Made by a program: the position numbers and the translations under genes
The notes under the pieces: generated by a model
What the model saw: the letters and a program-made list of their open reading frames with translations, nothing else
Databases searched by the model: none
Told to the model about the DNA's origin: nothing
Assembly (NCBI GenBank): GCA_900617105.1
Contig: UYFQ01000001.1
Location: forward strand, 3,596,001-3,660,000
Direction: 5' to 3'
Length of the DNA stretch: 64,000 nt
Source of the DNA: Hydrurus foetidus
Lineage: Eukaryota
Part shown: positions 30,433-40,577 of the stretch, one piece after another
Layout: each line of letters starts with the position of its first letter
How positions within the stretch are numbered: position 1 is the stretch's first letter

Positions 30433-33400
30433 ATGTCTCAGGGAACCATCCGCATTCGCGGAGCACGTCAGCACAACCTCAAAAACATTGACCTGGACAT
30501 TCGTACCAACGAAATGACGGTGGTGACCGGCCCCAGCGGTTCGGGCAAGTCGTCTTTGGTGTTTGACACGCTGTTTGCCGAAGGCCAGCGGCGTTATGTC
30601 GAAACCTTCTCTGCCTACGCGCGCCAGTTCTTGGACCGCATGGACAAGCCGGCGGTTGATAAAGTTGAAGGCGTACCGCCTGCGATTGCAATCGACCAGA
30701 CGAATCCGGTGCGTAGCTCGCGCTCGACCGTTGGCACCATGACGGAGCTGAACGACCATTTAAAGCTGCTCTACGCACGTTCAGCACAACTGTTTGACAA
30801 GCAAACCGCTCAGGCCGTGCGTCACGACACGCCTGAGTCGATTTATGCGGAGTTGATGGGGCGTACAGCTGAGTCCGAAGCCAGAGTGGTCATGACCTTC
30901 CCAGTTGAGTTGCCTGGCAACACCAGTGCTGAACAATTAGAGCAATGGTTATCTGCCAGCGGATTTACGCGCGTACATGCCGAGCGTGAAGTGGCTACGC
31001 CGGCCGGGTCACACAAGCTCCTCGATGTGGTGGCCGACCGGTTTCGCATTCAAACGATTGAAAAGGCACGCGCTGTTGAGGCGATTGAAGTCGCGATCAA
31101 ACGAGGTGGCGGGCGATTGAACGTGTATGTTCAAGCCGTTAACGGCGGCGACAGCGCAGGGCCGCCCCAAGCCGAGCCAGCCCCCTCGGGGGGCAGCGTA
31201 TTACACGCAGTGAAAAGCGTGGGGGCTAACGAGCTTTTGTGGCGCTTTTCCACAGGCCTGCATTGCGCTGACAGCGACATTCGCTACACAGACCCCACGC
31301 CGTCTTTGTTCTCTTTCAACTCCGCAATGGGCGCATGTGAAAAGTGCAAAGGCTTCGGCCGCGTAATTGGTGTGGACTACGGCTTGGTGATTCCGAACGA
31401 CAAGCTCACGCTGCGGGCAGGCGCTGTCAAAGTCATGCAAACGCCAGCGTGGAAAGAAGCGCAAGACGATTTGATGCGTCATGCCGAAACCGCAGGTGTG
31501 CCGCGAGACACGCCTTGGTACAAGCTCACGCCTGAGCACCAGCGCTGGGTGATCAACGGTTCGCCCAACTGGAACGGCAAGTGGAGCCAGCACTGGTTTG
31601 GTATCAAACGCTTTTTTGAATACCTGGAGAGCAAGTCGTACAAAATGCACATCCGCGTGCTGCTGTCCAAGTACCGCAGCTACACGCCCTGCGAGACCTG
31701 CGGCAGCGCGCGGTTAAAGCTCGAATCGCTTCTGTGGCGACTCGGCACCAAAGACGCGGCTGATGCTGTACTTCCTCCCGCCGAACGTTTCATGCCGGTG
31801 GGCGTGCAATGGACGCGCGCGCAGTTAGAAGCCATGCCCGGGTTGTGCCTGCATGACTTGATGCGCTTGCCGATTGACAGGTTGCAAAAGTTTTCTGCCA
31901 GCCTTTCATTTGCAGCGGCAGGAGATGACGCCGAGCAAAAAGCTCTCAAGTCACTGTTTGAAGAAATCCAGACGCGATTGAAATACCTGTGCGATGTCGG
32001 CATTGGCTACCTCACGCTTGACCGCCAAAGCCGCACCCTGTCAGGCGGTGAAGTGCAACGCATCAACTTGACCACCGCGCTTGGCACATCGCTCGTCAAT
32101 ACACTGTTTGTGCTCGATGAGCCGTCGATTGGCCTGCACCCGCGCGACATGAACCGCATTACCCAGGCCATGCACCGTCTGCGCGATGCAGGCAACACGC
32201 TGGTGGTGGTGGAGCATGACCCGGCAGTGATGCTGGCGGCTGACCGCATGATTGACATGGGCCCGGGCCCGGGCGAGAAGGGCGGGCAAATTGTTTTTGA
32301 CGGCACGCCTGAAGACCTCAAACACGCCGACACTTTGACCGGCGCGTACCTGGGCGCGCGCAAGCAAGTCGGCATGGGTTTTAAACGACCGGTGACAGAC
32401 AGCACACCGCGCTTGATTCTGGAAGGCGCACGTGATCACAACCTGAAAAACCTCACGGTGGATTTCCCTTTGCAACGGCTGGTCGTCGTGACGGGCGTGA
32501 GTGGTTCGGGCAAGTCGACGTTGATGCAAGACATTCTGGCGCCCGCGTTGCTGCGGCAGTTTGGCAAGGCGACTGAAACGCCCGGCGCGCATGATCGCCT
32601 GATGGGCGCAGACCATTTGACGGATGTCGTGTTTGTAGACCAGTCACCGATTGGTAAAACCGCACGCTCTAACCCCGCCAGCTATGTGGGCGCATGGGAC
32701 GCGGTACGCGAGCTGTTTGCCCAAGCACCACTTGCCCGACAGCGCAGCTACACATCATCAAAATTCAGCTTTAACAACGGCGACGGGCGCTGCCCGACCT
32801 GCGGCGGCTCTGGCTTTGAGCACGTCGAGATGCAGTTTTTAAGCGACGTGTACCTGCGCTGCCCAGACTGCGATGGCAAGCGTTATCGGCCTGAGATTTT
32901 GGAGGTGACGATTGAGCGCGGAAAATTGGGGTCGGCCTCACGGATTTTGAACGTCGCCGACGTCCTCGACCTCACCGTTAGCGAAGCAGTTCAACTCTTC
33001 GCCCAAGACCGCGAAGTTGTCCGCGCCCTGCAGCCCATCGTCGATGTGGGTTTGGAATACGTCAAGCTCGGCCAGCCCGTACCCACGTTGTCGGGCGGCG
33101 AAGCGCAGCGCCTGAAGCTGGCAGGTTTTTTAGCAGATGCCAGCAAAACCCGAAGCGCCAGCAAGCAGGCGCTCGCCCTGCGCAACCCCAGTAAAGGCAC
33201 GCTGTTTTTATTCGACGAGCCAACGACCGGCTTGCACTTTGACGACATTGCCAAGCTGATGCGCGCACTGCGCAAGCTGCTGGAGGCGGGCCATTCGCTC
33301 ATCATTATTGAGCACAACCTGGACGTGATTCGATCAGCCGACTGGATCATTGACCTCGGCCCCGAAGGCGGAGAAGCGGGCGGTTTGCTGGTGGCTGAAG

Positions 33401-36400
33401 GCACGCCGGAGCAAGTGCGCGAGCACCGCACGTCACACACTGCATTGGCGCTGCGTGAATACGAAGCGGTGATGAACAAGGTGCACGGTGTGGAAGAGCC
33501 GCGCCCCAAGGCATGGAAAACGCGGCCCACCTTTTCCAACGATATTCAAATCGTCAACGCGAAAGAGAACAACCTGAAAAGCCTGTCGGTCAATATTCCA
33601 CGCGGCAAATTCAATGTGGTCACGGGTGTGTCGGGCTCAGGCAAGTCCACACTGGCTTTTGACATTTTGTTCAACGAAGGCCAGCGCCGTTATCTTGAAT
33701 CGCTCAACGCCTATGCCCGCAGCATTGTGCAACCGGCTGGCCGACCCGAAGTCGATGCCGTGTATGGCATTCCGCCTACGGTGGCGATTGAGCAGCGCCT
33801 GTCGCGCGGCGGTCGAAAGTCCACCGTGGGCACCACCACCGAGGTGTGGCATTTTTTGCGCCTGCTGTACGTCAAGCTGGGCATACAGCATTGCACCAAG
33901 GACGATGCCGCCGTCATGCCGCAAAGCCCCGAGAGTATTGCCGCGCAGCTGATGAAAAACTATTGCGGCAAACACATCGGTTTGCTAGCCCCGCTGGTGA
34001 TTGCACGTAAAGGCGTCTACACCGAGCTGGCCGATTGGGCGCGGCCACGTGGCTATACGCACTTGAGGATTGATGGTGAGTTTTTGCCGACCACGGGCTT
34101 CCCGCGCATTGACCGTTTTAAAGAACACACGGTGGAGCTGCCGATTGCCAGCTTGCACATCGACCCGAAAAACGAAGCTGCGTTGCGACTGGCGCTGACG
34201 GTCGCGCTGCAACACGGCAAGGGCCAGGTGCATGTGTTGGCCCCGCTCGATGGCTTGCAGGGTGCGATGCTGGCGGGCACATCGACCACAGCCATTGGCA
34301 AACTCGAGGCCTTCTCTACCAAGCGCGCCTGCCCGGTATGCAGCACGTCTTACCCCGAGCTGGACCCGCGCCTGTTCAGCTATAACAGCAAACACGGCTG
34401 GTGCCCCGACTGCGTCGGCACAGGCGTCAAGCTGACCAAAGAGCAGCGCAAAGTGTTTGACGATTCGGTGCAAGACGCAGACAACAAAGGCCGCGAGCAA
34501 AGCTTTGCTGAGCCTGAAGTCGAAGACGTGACGGATACCGCTTGCCCCGGCTGTGCAGGCGCGCGCTTGAACCGGCAGGCAAGGGCAGTCAAGTTTGCTG
34601 GCGTAGGCATTTCAGACATCGCACGCTTGTCAGTCACAGATGTACGTGCCTGGGTTGAAAAGCTCGCGCTGGTGGGCCGTGAAAGCGGCATTGCCCGTGA
34701 CCTGATTCCCGAGATCAGATCGCGCCTTGAGTTTTTAGAAGATGTCGGCTTGGGTTATTTAACGCTAGACCGTGGCGCGCCCACACTGTCGGGCGGTGAA
34801 GCGCAGCGCATTCGCCTGGCTGCGCAGCTCGGTAGCAACTTGCAGGGCGTTTGCTATGTGCTTGACGAGCCAACCATTGGCCTGCACCCGCGTGACAACA
34901 AAATTTTGCTCAGCGCGCTGGGCAAGCTGAGCGAGCGCGGTAACACGCTGGTGGTGGTCGAGCACGACGAAGACACCATTCGCCGCGCCGATAACATCAT
35001 CGACATTGGCCCTGGCGCAGGCAAGCGCGGCGGGCGTTTGGTCGCACAGGGAAGTGCAGCGCAGTTGTCTGCTGTGCCTGAATCTTTGACGGGTAGGTAC
35101 TTGGCGAATCCGCTGATTCATCCGCTGCATGCGCGGCGCGAGACCGAGTTGCCCCTCACCCCAACCCTCTCCCCAGAGGGGCGAGGGAGCAATGCGGGTG
35201 ACTTACTCCCTCTCCCGCTTGCGAGAGAGGGCGGGGGTGAGGGAGCTTCGGTCAAACCCATCAGCAAAGCAAAAGCAGCCAAACTAAGAGCAGCCGCCCT
35301 GATAGCCAACGCAGTCTCAGCCAGCGCCCTGCACAACGCCGCCCCGCAAGCCGCCAGCAAACACACCTCGTGGCTAACCGTCACCAAAGCAGATTTGCAC
35401 AACCTCAAAGACGTAACGATCGACGTGCCTTTGTTCAGACTGGTAGCCGTCACAGGCGTCTCAGGCTCAGGCAAATCAACGCTGGCGCGCGACGTGTTGC
35501 TGACAAACGTGCACGCTGCCGTTATGCAGCGCTCAACCAAAGCTGGCCGCGACTTGGACGATGCAGGAAGGCACCCGACTTGGACAGGCTGCGAAGCGAT
35601 TGCAGGCTACCGCGTGGTAGACCGCGTGCTGGAAGTAGACCAAACCCCCATCGGCAAAACACCGCGTTCTTGCCCAGCAACGTACATCGGTTTTTGGGAC
35701 ACGATTCGCAAACTGTTTGCCGACACGCTAGAAGCGCGTGCGCGCGGCTACCAGGCTGGGCGCTTCAGCTTCAACACGGGTGAAGGCCGTTGCCCGACGT
35801 GCGAGGGGGCTGGCGTGCGCACCATCGGCATGAGCTTTTTGCCCGACGTCAAAGTGCTGTGCGAGACCTGCCACGGCGCCCGCTTTAACCCCGAGACGCT
35901 GGCAGTGACCTGGCGCGGCAAAAGCATCGGCGATGTGCTGAAGATGGAGGTTGACGAGGCAGTGGAATTTTTCAAATCCATGCCCAGCATCGGCCACCCG
36001 TTGCAACTGCTCAAAGACGTGGGACTGGGCTACCTCACCATCGGCCAGCCGTCACCCACGCTGAGTGGCGGTGAGGCGCAGCGCATCAAGCTGGTGACCG
36101 AACTCAGCAAGGTGCGAGACGACATCACCCGGCGCGGCCAGAAGGCACCGCACACGTTGTACGTGCTGGACGAGCCAACGGTCGGCCTGCACATGGCTGA
36201 CGTTGAAAAGCTCATTCATGTGCTGCACCGCCTCGTCAACGGCGGTCATAGCGTGGTGGTGATTGAGCACGACCTTGATGTGATTGCCGAGGCAGACTGG
36301 GTGATTGACCTGGGGCCAGACGGCGGCAACTCGGGCGGCAGCGTGGTGGCTGCTGCACCGCCTGAAAAGGTGGTGAAGCTGGGCACGCACACTGGAAACG

Positions 36401-36429
36401 CCCTGCGGGGAGTTTTGGAACGGGTTTAA
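30433..36429 (+). CDS. uvrA: Double-length excinuclease ABC subunit A (tandem UvrA fusion)
   Basis: Four Walker A motifs (G[P/V]SGSGKS), four LSGGE signatures, multiple CxxC zinc fingers in one 1998-aa ORF. Confidence 0.92.
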   Translation: MSQGTIRIRGARQHNLKNIDLDIRTNEMTVVTGPSGSGKSSLVFDTLFAEGQRRYVETFSAYARQFLDRMDKPAVDKVEGVPPAIAIDQTNPVRSSRSTVGTMTELNDHLKLLYARSAQLFDKQTAQAVRHDTPESIYAELMGRTAESEARVVMTFPVELPGNTSAEQLEQWLSASGFTRVHAEREVATPAGSHKLLDVVADRFRIQTIEKARAVEAIEVAIKRGGGRLNVYVQAVNGGDSAGPPQAEPAPSGGSVLHAVKSVGANELLWRFSTGLHCADSDIRYTDPTPSLFSFNSAMGACEKCKGFGRVIGVDYGLVIPNDKLTLRAGAVKVMQTPAWKEAQDDLMRHAETAGVPRDTPWYKLTPEHQRWVINGSPNWNGKWSQHWFGIKRFFEYLESKSYKMHIRVLLSKYRSYTPCETCGSARLKLESLLWRLGTKDAADAVLPPAERFMPVGVQWTRAQLEAMPGLCLHDLMRLPIDRLQKFSASLSFAAAGDDAEQKALKSLFEEIQTRLKYLCDVGIGYLTLDRQSRTLSGGEVQRINLTTALGTSLVNTLFVLDEPSIGLHPRDMNRITQAMHRLRDAGNTLVVVEHDPAVMLAADRMIDMGPGPGEKGGQIVFDGTPEDLKHADTLTGAYLGARKQVGMGFKRPVTDSTPRLILEGARDHNLKNLTVDFPLQRLVVVTGVSGSGKSTLMQDILAPALLRQFGKATETPGAHDRLMGADHLTDVVFVDQSPIGKTARSNPASYVGAWDAVRELFAQAPLARQRSYTSSKFSFNNGDGRCPTCGGSGFEHVEMQFLSDVYLRCPDCDGKRYRPEILEVTIERGKLGSASRILNVADVLDLTVSEAVQLFAQDREVVRALQPIVDVGLEYVKLGQPVPTLSGGEAQRLKLAGFLADASKTRSASKQALALRNPSKGTLFLFDEPTTGLHFDDIAKLMRALRKLLEAGHSLIIIEHNLDVIRSADWIIDLGPEGGEAGGLLVAEGTPEQVREHRTSHTALALREYEAVMNKVHGVEEPRPKAWKTRPTFSNDIQIVNAKENNLKSLSVNIPRGKFNVVTGVSGSGKSTLAFDILFNEGQRRYLESLNAYARSIVQPAGRPEVDAVYGIPPTVAIEQRLSRGGRKSTVGTTTEVWHFLRLLYVKLGIQHCTKDDAAVMPQSPESIAAQLMKNYCGKHIGLLAPLVIARKGVYTELADWARPRGYTHLRIDGEFLPTTGFPRIDRFKEHTVELPIASLHIDPKNEAALRLALTVALQHGKGQVHVLAPLDGLQGAMLAGTSTTAIGKLEAFSTKRACPVCSTSYPELDPRLFSYNSKHGWCPDCVGTGVKLTKEQRKVFDDSVQDADNKGREQSFAEPEVEDVTDTACPGCAGARLNRQARAVKFAGVGISDIARLSVTDVRAWVEKLALVGRESGIARDLIPEIRSRLEFLEDVGLGYLTLDRGAPTLSGGEAQRIRLAAQLGSNLQGVCYVLDEPTIGLHPRDNKILLSALGKLSERGNTLVVVEHDEDTIRRADNIIDIGPGAGKRGGRLVAQGSAAQLSAVPESLTGRYLANPLIHPLHARRETELPLTPTLSPEGRGSNAGDLLPLPLAREGGGEGASVKPISKAKAAKLRAAALIANAVSASALHNAAPQAASKHTSWLTVTKADLHNLKDVTIDVPLFRLVAVTGVSGSGKSTLARDVLLTNVHAAVMQRSTKAGRDLDDAGRHPTWTGCEAIAGYRVVDRVLEVDQTPIGKTPRSCPATYIGFWDTIRKLFADTLEARARGYQAGRFSFNTGEGRCPTCEGAGVRTIGMSFLPDVKVLCETCHGARFNPETLAVTWRGKSIGDVLKMEVDEAVEFFKSMPSIGHPLQLLKDVGLGYLTIGQPSPTLSGGEAQRIKLVTELSKVRDDITRRGQKAPHTLYVLDEPTVGLHMADVEKLIHVLHRLVNGGHSVVVIEHDLDVIAEADWVIDLGPDGGNSGGSVVAAAPPEKVVKLGTHTGNALRGVLERV
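31158..31226 (-). repeat. Family C palindromic repeat in frame inside uvrA
   Basis: agggccgccccaagccgagccagccccctcggggggcagcgtattacacgcagtgaaaagcgtgggggc; encodes GPPQAEPAPSGGSVLHAVKSVG. Confidence 0.6.
35151..35243. repeat. Family B inverted REP-like pair in frame inside uvrA
   Basis: cccctcaccccaaccctctccccagaggggcgaggg ... ctccctctcccgcttgcgagagagggcgggggtgaggg; encodes PLTPTLSPEGRG..LLPLPLAREGGGEG. Confidence 0.85.
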
Positions 36430-36472
36430 GCTATTTATGCGCTGTAACGCCGTCTTCCTCGCTCGCAGCCCT

Positions 36473-37540
36473 TTACAACCTGACCCCACTCTGCGCATCA
36501 AACCAGTTCACCTGTGCAGCCTGAATTTCCAGTCCAACGGCATCGCCAGGACGGGACTGCATTTGTGGCAAGGTGCGCACTGTGACATTGCCAGCTTCTG
36601 TTTTGACGACAACAAAGGTATCGGCGCCCGTCGGTTCGACAACGCTGATGACGCCGCGCCAGAGCGAATCGGTACTCAAGGCAATGTGTTCGGGGCGAAC
36701 GCCAAGCAGGGCGTCTGTGCCCACCGGGCAGTGCAGAGGCAGATCTGCATTTTTTATGTGAAATATGCCTTCAGCGCCTATATTACCGGCGCAACCAGCT
36801 ATTAAATTCATAGTCGGCGAGCCAATAAAACCGGCCACATACGTGTTAGCCGGGCGGCTGTAAATGTCGTCGGGTGTGCCCAGCTGCTGCAGCACGCCGT
36901 CTTTCATCACAGCGATGCGGCTGCCAAGTGTCATGGCTTCGATCTGGTCGTGCGTGACGTAAACGCTGGTGATGCCGCTAATCTGATGCAGGCGCTTGAT
37001 TTCGGCTCGCATTTCGACGCGCAGCTTGGCGTCGAGGTTGCTCAGCGGCTCGTCAAACAAAAAAAGCTGCGGCTGGCGTGCCAGCGCCCGGCCCATGGCA
37101 ACGCGCTGGCGCTGACCGCCCGAGAGCTGCGCGGGCCGACGGTCCAGCAGGTGCGTGATCTGCAACATAGCCGCGACTTCTGCAATGCGCTTATTGCGCT
37201 CAAGCTTGGGCACCTTGCGCATCTCCAGCGCAAAGCCAATGTTGTCGGCCACGCTCATGGTGGGGTACAGCGCATAGCTTTGAAACACCATGGCAATGTC
37301 GCGCTGCGCCGGGGCCACGCCCACCACGTCGCGCTCGCCAATGCGGATCTCGCCTTCGGTGGGCTCTTCCAGGCCGGCAATGATGTTGAGCAAGGTTGAT
37401 TTGCCGCAGCCCGACGGGCCCACCAGAATCAAAAACTCGCCAGGTGCAACGGCGATGTCGATGCGCTTGAGCACTTCGACCAACTTGTCGCCCTTGCCAA
37501 AGGTTTTGCGGATGCCGGAGATTTTTAACGCTGAAGCCAT
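36473..37540 (-). CDS. Sugar ABC transporter ATP-binding protein (MalK/GtsD-like)
   Basis: GPSGCGKST, LSGGQRQRVAMGR, FDEPLSNLD; start ATG 37540. Confidence 0.92.
   Translation of the reverse strand: MASALKISGIRKTFGKGDKLVEVLKRIDIAVAPGEFLILVGPSGCGKSTLLNIIAGLEEPTEGEIRIGERDVVGVAPAQRDIAMVFQSYALYPTMSVADNIGFALEMRKVPKLERNKRIAEVAAMLQITHLLDRRPAQLSGGQRQRVAMGRALARQPQLFLFDEPLSNLDAKLRVEMRAEIKRLHQISGITSVYVTHDQIEAMTLGSRIAVMKDGVLQQLGTPDDIYSRPANTYVAGFIGSPTMNLIAGCAGNIGAEGIFHIKNADLPLHCPVGTDALLGVRPEHIALSTDSLWRGVISVVEPTGADTFVVVKTEAGNVTVRTLPQMQSRPGDAVGLEIQAAQVNWFDAQSGVRL
36774..36814 (-). repeat. Family A motif in frame inside sugar ABC ATPase
   Basis: Minus strand ACTA-tgaatttaa-TAGC-tggttgc-GCCG-gtaatatag-GCGC; encodes TMNLIAGCAGNIGA. 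Confidence 0.75.
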
Positions 37541-37542
37541 AC

Positions 37543-38397
37543 CTAACCTTTCACGGCGCCAGCCGTGAGTCCTTTCACGAAGTACTGGCTTGCCAATACG
37601 TAAATCAGCAGGGTCGGCAGGCCCGCAATCACAGCGGCTGCCATGTCGACGTTGTAATTCTTCACGCTGCTGCTGGTATTGACCATGTTGTTGAGGCCAA
37701 CGGTGACTGGCTTGCTGTCGGCACCGCTGAAGGCCACGCCAAACAGAAAATCGTTCCAGATATTGGTGAATTGCCAGATCAGCGTGACCATGACGATAGG
37801 CGTTGAAAGCGGCACAATGACGCGAACAAAGATGCGCCAAAAACCTGCGCCATCAATGCGGGCAGCGTTCACCAGCTCCCGCGGAATGGCCGCGTAGTAA
37901 TTGCGAAAAAACAGGGTCGTTCCCGCAAGCCCGGCCAGGCAGTGCACAAAAATCAGTCCGCCAACCGAGCTTGAAATGCCCAGCCAGCCCAGCACCTGGC
38001 TCATCGGCAGCAACACGACCTGAAATGGCATGAAGACGCCGAACAGCATGAAGCCGAACACCAAGTCGCTGCCGCGAAACTTCCATTGGCTGAGCACATA
38101 GCCGTTCAGCGCACCCCACAGTGTGGAGATCAGCACCGCCGGCACCACCAGCAACACCGAATTCCAGAAAAACGGTTGCAGTCCGCGGCAGTCGGTACCT
38201 GTGCAGGCACTGGACCAGGCCAGCGACCATGCCTCAAAATTCAATCTGCCGGGCAGGCTCAGCAAATTACCGCTGCGGATTTCTTCAGCGTCCTTGAACG
38301 ACGTCACCAACATCACGTACAGCGGCGCCAAAAACAGCACCGCCGCCAGCAGCAGTGTGGTGTAGACCGCAACCCGTGAAACGTTTTTAGCGGTCAT
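37543..38397 (-). CDS. Sugar ABC transporter permease
   Basis: EAA-loop ELVNAARIDGAG, FTNIWNDFLF; transmembrane helices. Confidence 0.9.
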   Translation of the reverse strand: MTAKNVSRVAVYTTLLLAAVLFLAPLYVMLVTSFKDAEEIRSGNLLSLPGRLNFEAWSLAWSSACTGTDCRGLQPFFWNSVLLVVPAVLISTLWGALNGYVLSQWKFRGSDLVFGFMLFGVFMPFQVVLLPMSQVLGWLGISSSVGGLIFVHCLAGLAGTTLFFRNYYAAIPRELVNAARIDGAGFWRIFVRVIVPLSTPIVMVTLIWQFTNIWNDFLFGVAFSGADSKPVTVGLNNMVNTSSSVKNYNVDMAAAVIAGLPTLLIYVLASQYFVKGLTAGAVKG

Positions 38398-39268
38398 GGG
38401 GTTTGCTGCGCAGCTCGCTGTAAAGATACGGCACCACAATGGCCGCTACCGTGGCCAGCATCATCGTGGCGCTGGCCGCACCCAGGCCAATCTGCCCGCG
38501 CGTAAAACTCATCGTGTACATGAACGTAGCCGGTACGTCGCTGGCATAACCGGGGCCGCCTCCGGTGAGTGCCATCACCAAGTCGAAGCTTTTAATTGAC
38601 AGGTGCGACAGCACCATGATGGTTGAAAACACCACTGTCCGCAACATGGGCAAAATGATGCGCCAGTAAATGCGCGGCAGGCTGGCACCATCGATTTGCG
38701 CCGCCTTGATGATGCTGTCGTCAATGCCGCGCAGCCCCGCCAGAAAAAGCGCCATTGCAAAGCCAGCCGATTGCCAGATACCGGCAATCACCACACAATA
38801 AATGGCGGTTTCGCTTTGCACCAGCCAGTCAAAAGTAAAGCTGGTCCAGCCCAGGTCGCGCATGAGTTTTTCAAGCCCCAGACTCGGGTTGAGCATCCAC
38901 TTCCAGGCTGTGCCGGTGACGATGAACGACAGCGCCATCGGGTACAGGTAGATGTTGCGCAGCCAGCCCTCAGCGCGCACTTTCTGGTCGAGCACGATGG
39001 CCAGTGCCATGCCGATCAGCATTGCGCCGCCAACGTACAGCACACTGAAAACGCCGAGGTTTCTCAGCGCCAGCCACCACCGGTCCAGTTCCCACAACCG
39101 GGCGTACTGTTCCAGCCCAACGAATTCGTCGTAGTTGGGCAGCATGCGCGACGCCGTAAGCGACAGCACGCCGTTCCAGATCATCAACCCATAGATAAAG
39201 GCAAAGCCCAGCACAAAACCGGGCGCAATGACCAGCTTCGGAAGGGCTTGCTCGACGTTATGTCTCAT
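38387..39268 (-). CDS. Sugar ABC transporter permease
   Basis: IIKAAQIDGA EAA loop; transmembrane helices. Confidence 0.9.
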   Translation of the reverse strand: MRHNVEQALPKLVIAPGFVLGFAFIYGLMIWNGVLSLTASRMLPNYDEFVGLEQYARLWELDRWWLALRNLGVFSVLYVGGAMLIGMALAIVLDQKVRAEGWLRNIYLYPMALSFIVTGTAWKWMLNPSLGLEKLMRDLGWTSFTFDWLVQSETAIYCVVIAGIWQSAGFAMALFLAGLRGIDDSIIKAAQIDGASLPRIYWRIILPMLRTVVFSTIMVLSHLSIKSFDLVMALTGGGPGYASDVPATFMYTMSFTRGQIGLGAASATMMLATVAAIVVPYLYSELRSKPHDR

Positions 39269-39326
39269 GGGCGAGCCTCGAAGACATTGCCCAAATGGCT
39301 CGCCCTAATGACTTGATTCGCTCCAA

Positions 39327-40577
39327 TTATTTGGTCTTTGCAGCCGAAGCAATCGTCTTCATCGCGTCAGCAACGGTTATTTTGTCGTTGTTCCAGAATT
39401 GGCTCACTGCGTCTTTCATCGCGCCTTCGATGGCCGGGCTGACCGCCATGCCATGCGCAATTGACGGCACCAGACCGCCGGTTTTTGCAGTGTCGACGAA
39501 ATCTTTCGAGGACTGTTTTGCGCAGTCGTCGAACTTGTCGAGCTTCATATTCAACCGTGCCGGAATGGAGCCCTTATTCAGGTTGAAGACTTCCTGGAAC
39601 GGCTCACCCATGATGACCGCCGCCAACTCACCTTGCGCCTTTTGGGCGTCAGCCGCTTTCAGTTTGAACATCGCAAATGAATCGATGTTGTAGGTAAAGG
39701 CCGATGCTGTGCCCGGTGCAGCGGCGCACAAAAAGTCTTTGCCCGGCACCTTGCCTGCAGCGACAAATTCACCCTTCGCCCAGTCGCCCATGAACTGAAA
39801 ACCGGCCTTGCCTTGCATCACCATGGCGGTCGTCAGGTTCCAGTCGCGGCCGCTTGACGCAGGGTCGGTGTAGCTTTTGATTTTTCGAAACGTTTCCAGC
39901 GACTTTTTCATCGCGTCGCTGCCCAGTGCAGTGGGGTCGAGCTTGACCATGGCGTCGTTGTAAAACCTGGTTCCGCCCACGCCGAGCATGACGGATTCAA
40001 AGGTCGTGAAATCTTGCCAGTTTTGGCCGCCATGCGCAACCGCGATCAATCCGGCGGCCTTGATCCTGTCGGCTGCAGCAAAAAACTCGTCATAGGTCTT
40101 GGGCATGCCGGCAACGCCTGCTTTTTTCAACACATCAGGGTTAGCCCAAATCCAATTAACGCGGTGCACGTTGACCGGCACAGCCACATAGTTGCCTTTG
40201 TATTTCATGCCGTCGGCGACCACTTTGGGCAGCAGCGCGTCCCAGTTTTCGGCTTTGGCAGTCGCGTCAAGATTGGCCAGCACGCCTTCACCAGCCCATT
40301 GCTGTATGGCCGGGCCCTTGATTTGTGCGGCAGATGGCGGGTTGCCGGAAACCACGCGGCTTTTCAGCACCGTAGCTGCTGCGTCACCGCCGCCGCCGGC
40401 TACTGCAAAGTCTTTCCACACGTGGCCTTTGGCCTGCATGATTTTCTTCAGCTCGGCGGCCGATTTGGCCTCACCGCCGGACGTCCAGTAATGCAGCACC
40501 TCCACTTCTCCGGCCTGCGCCGAAAAAGCTGTCATCGCGAGCAAAAATGACGCTGAGAAATAGGAAATTTTGGGCAT
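39327..40577 (-). CDS. Sugar (glucose/mannose GtsA-like) ABC substrate-binding protein
   Basis: Signal peptide then EVLHYWTSGGEA, PVNVHRVNW, MGDWAKGE; ATG 40577. Confidence 0.88.
   Translation of the reverse strand: MPKISYFSASFLLAMTAFSAQAGEVEVLHYWTSGGEAKSAAELKKIMQAKGHVWKDFAVAGGGGDAAATVLKSRVVSGNPPSAAQIKGPAIQQWAGEGVLANLDATAKAENWDALLPKVVADGMKYKGNYVAVPVNVHRVNWIWANPDVLKKAGVAGMPKTYDEFFAAADRIKAAGLIAVAHGGQNWQDFTTFESVMLGVGGTRFYNDAMVKLDPTALGSDAMKKSLETFRKIKSYTDPASSGRDWNLTTAMVMQGKAGFQFMGDWAKGEFVAAGKVPGKDFLCAAAPGTASAFTYNIDSFAMFKLKAADAQKAQGELAAVIMGEPFQEVFNLNKGSIPARLNMKLDKFDDCAKQSSKDFVDTAKTGGLVPSIAHGMAVSPAIEGAMKDAVSQFWNNDKITVADAMKTIASAAKTK

Noticed and set aside
35255..35295. Additional family A copy in the uvrA Ala/Lys-rich linker
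   Set aside because: Only half of the pattern fits; explainable by low-complexity AAA/GCA codons.
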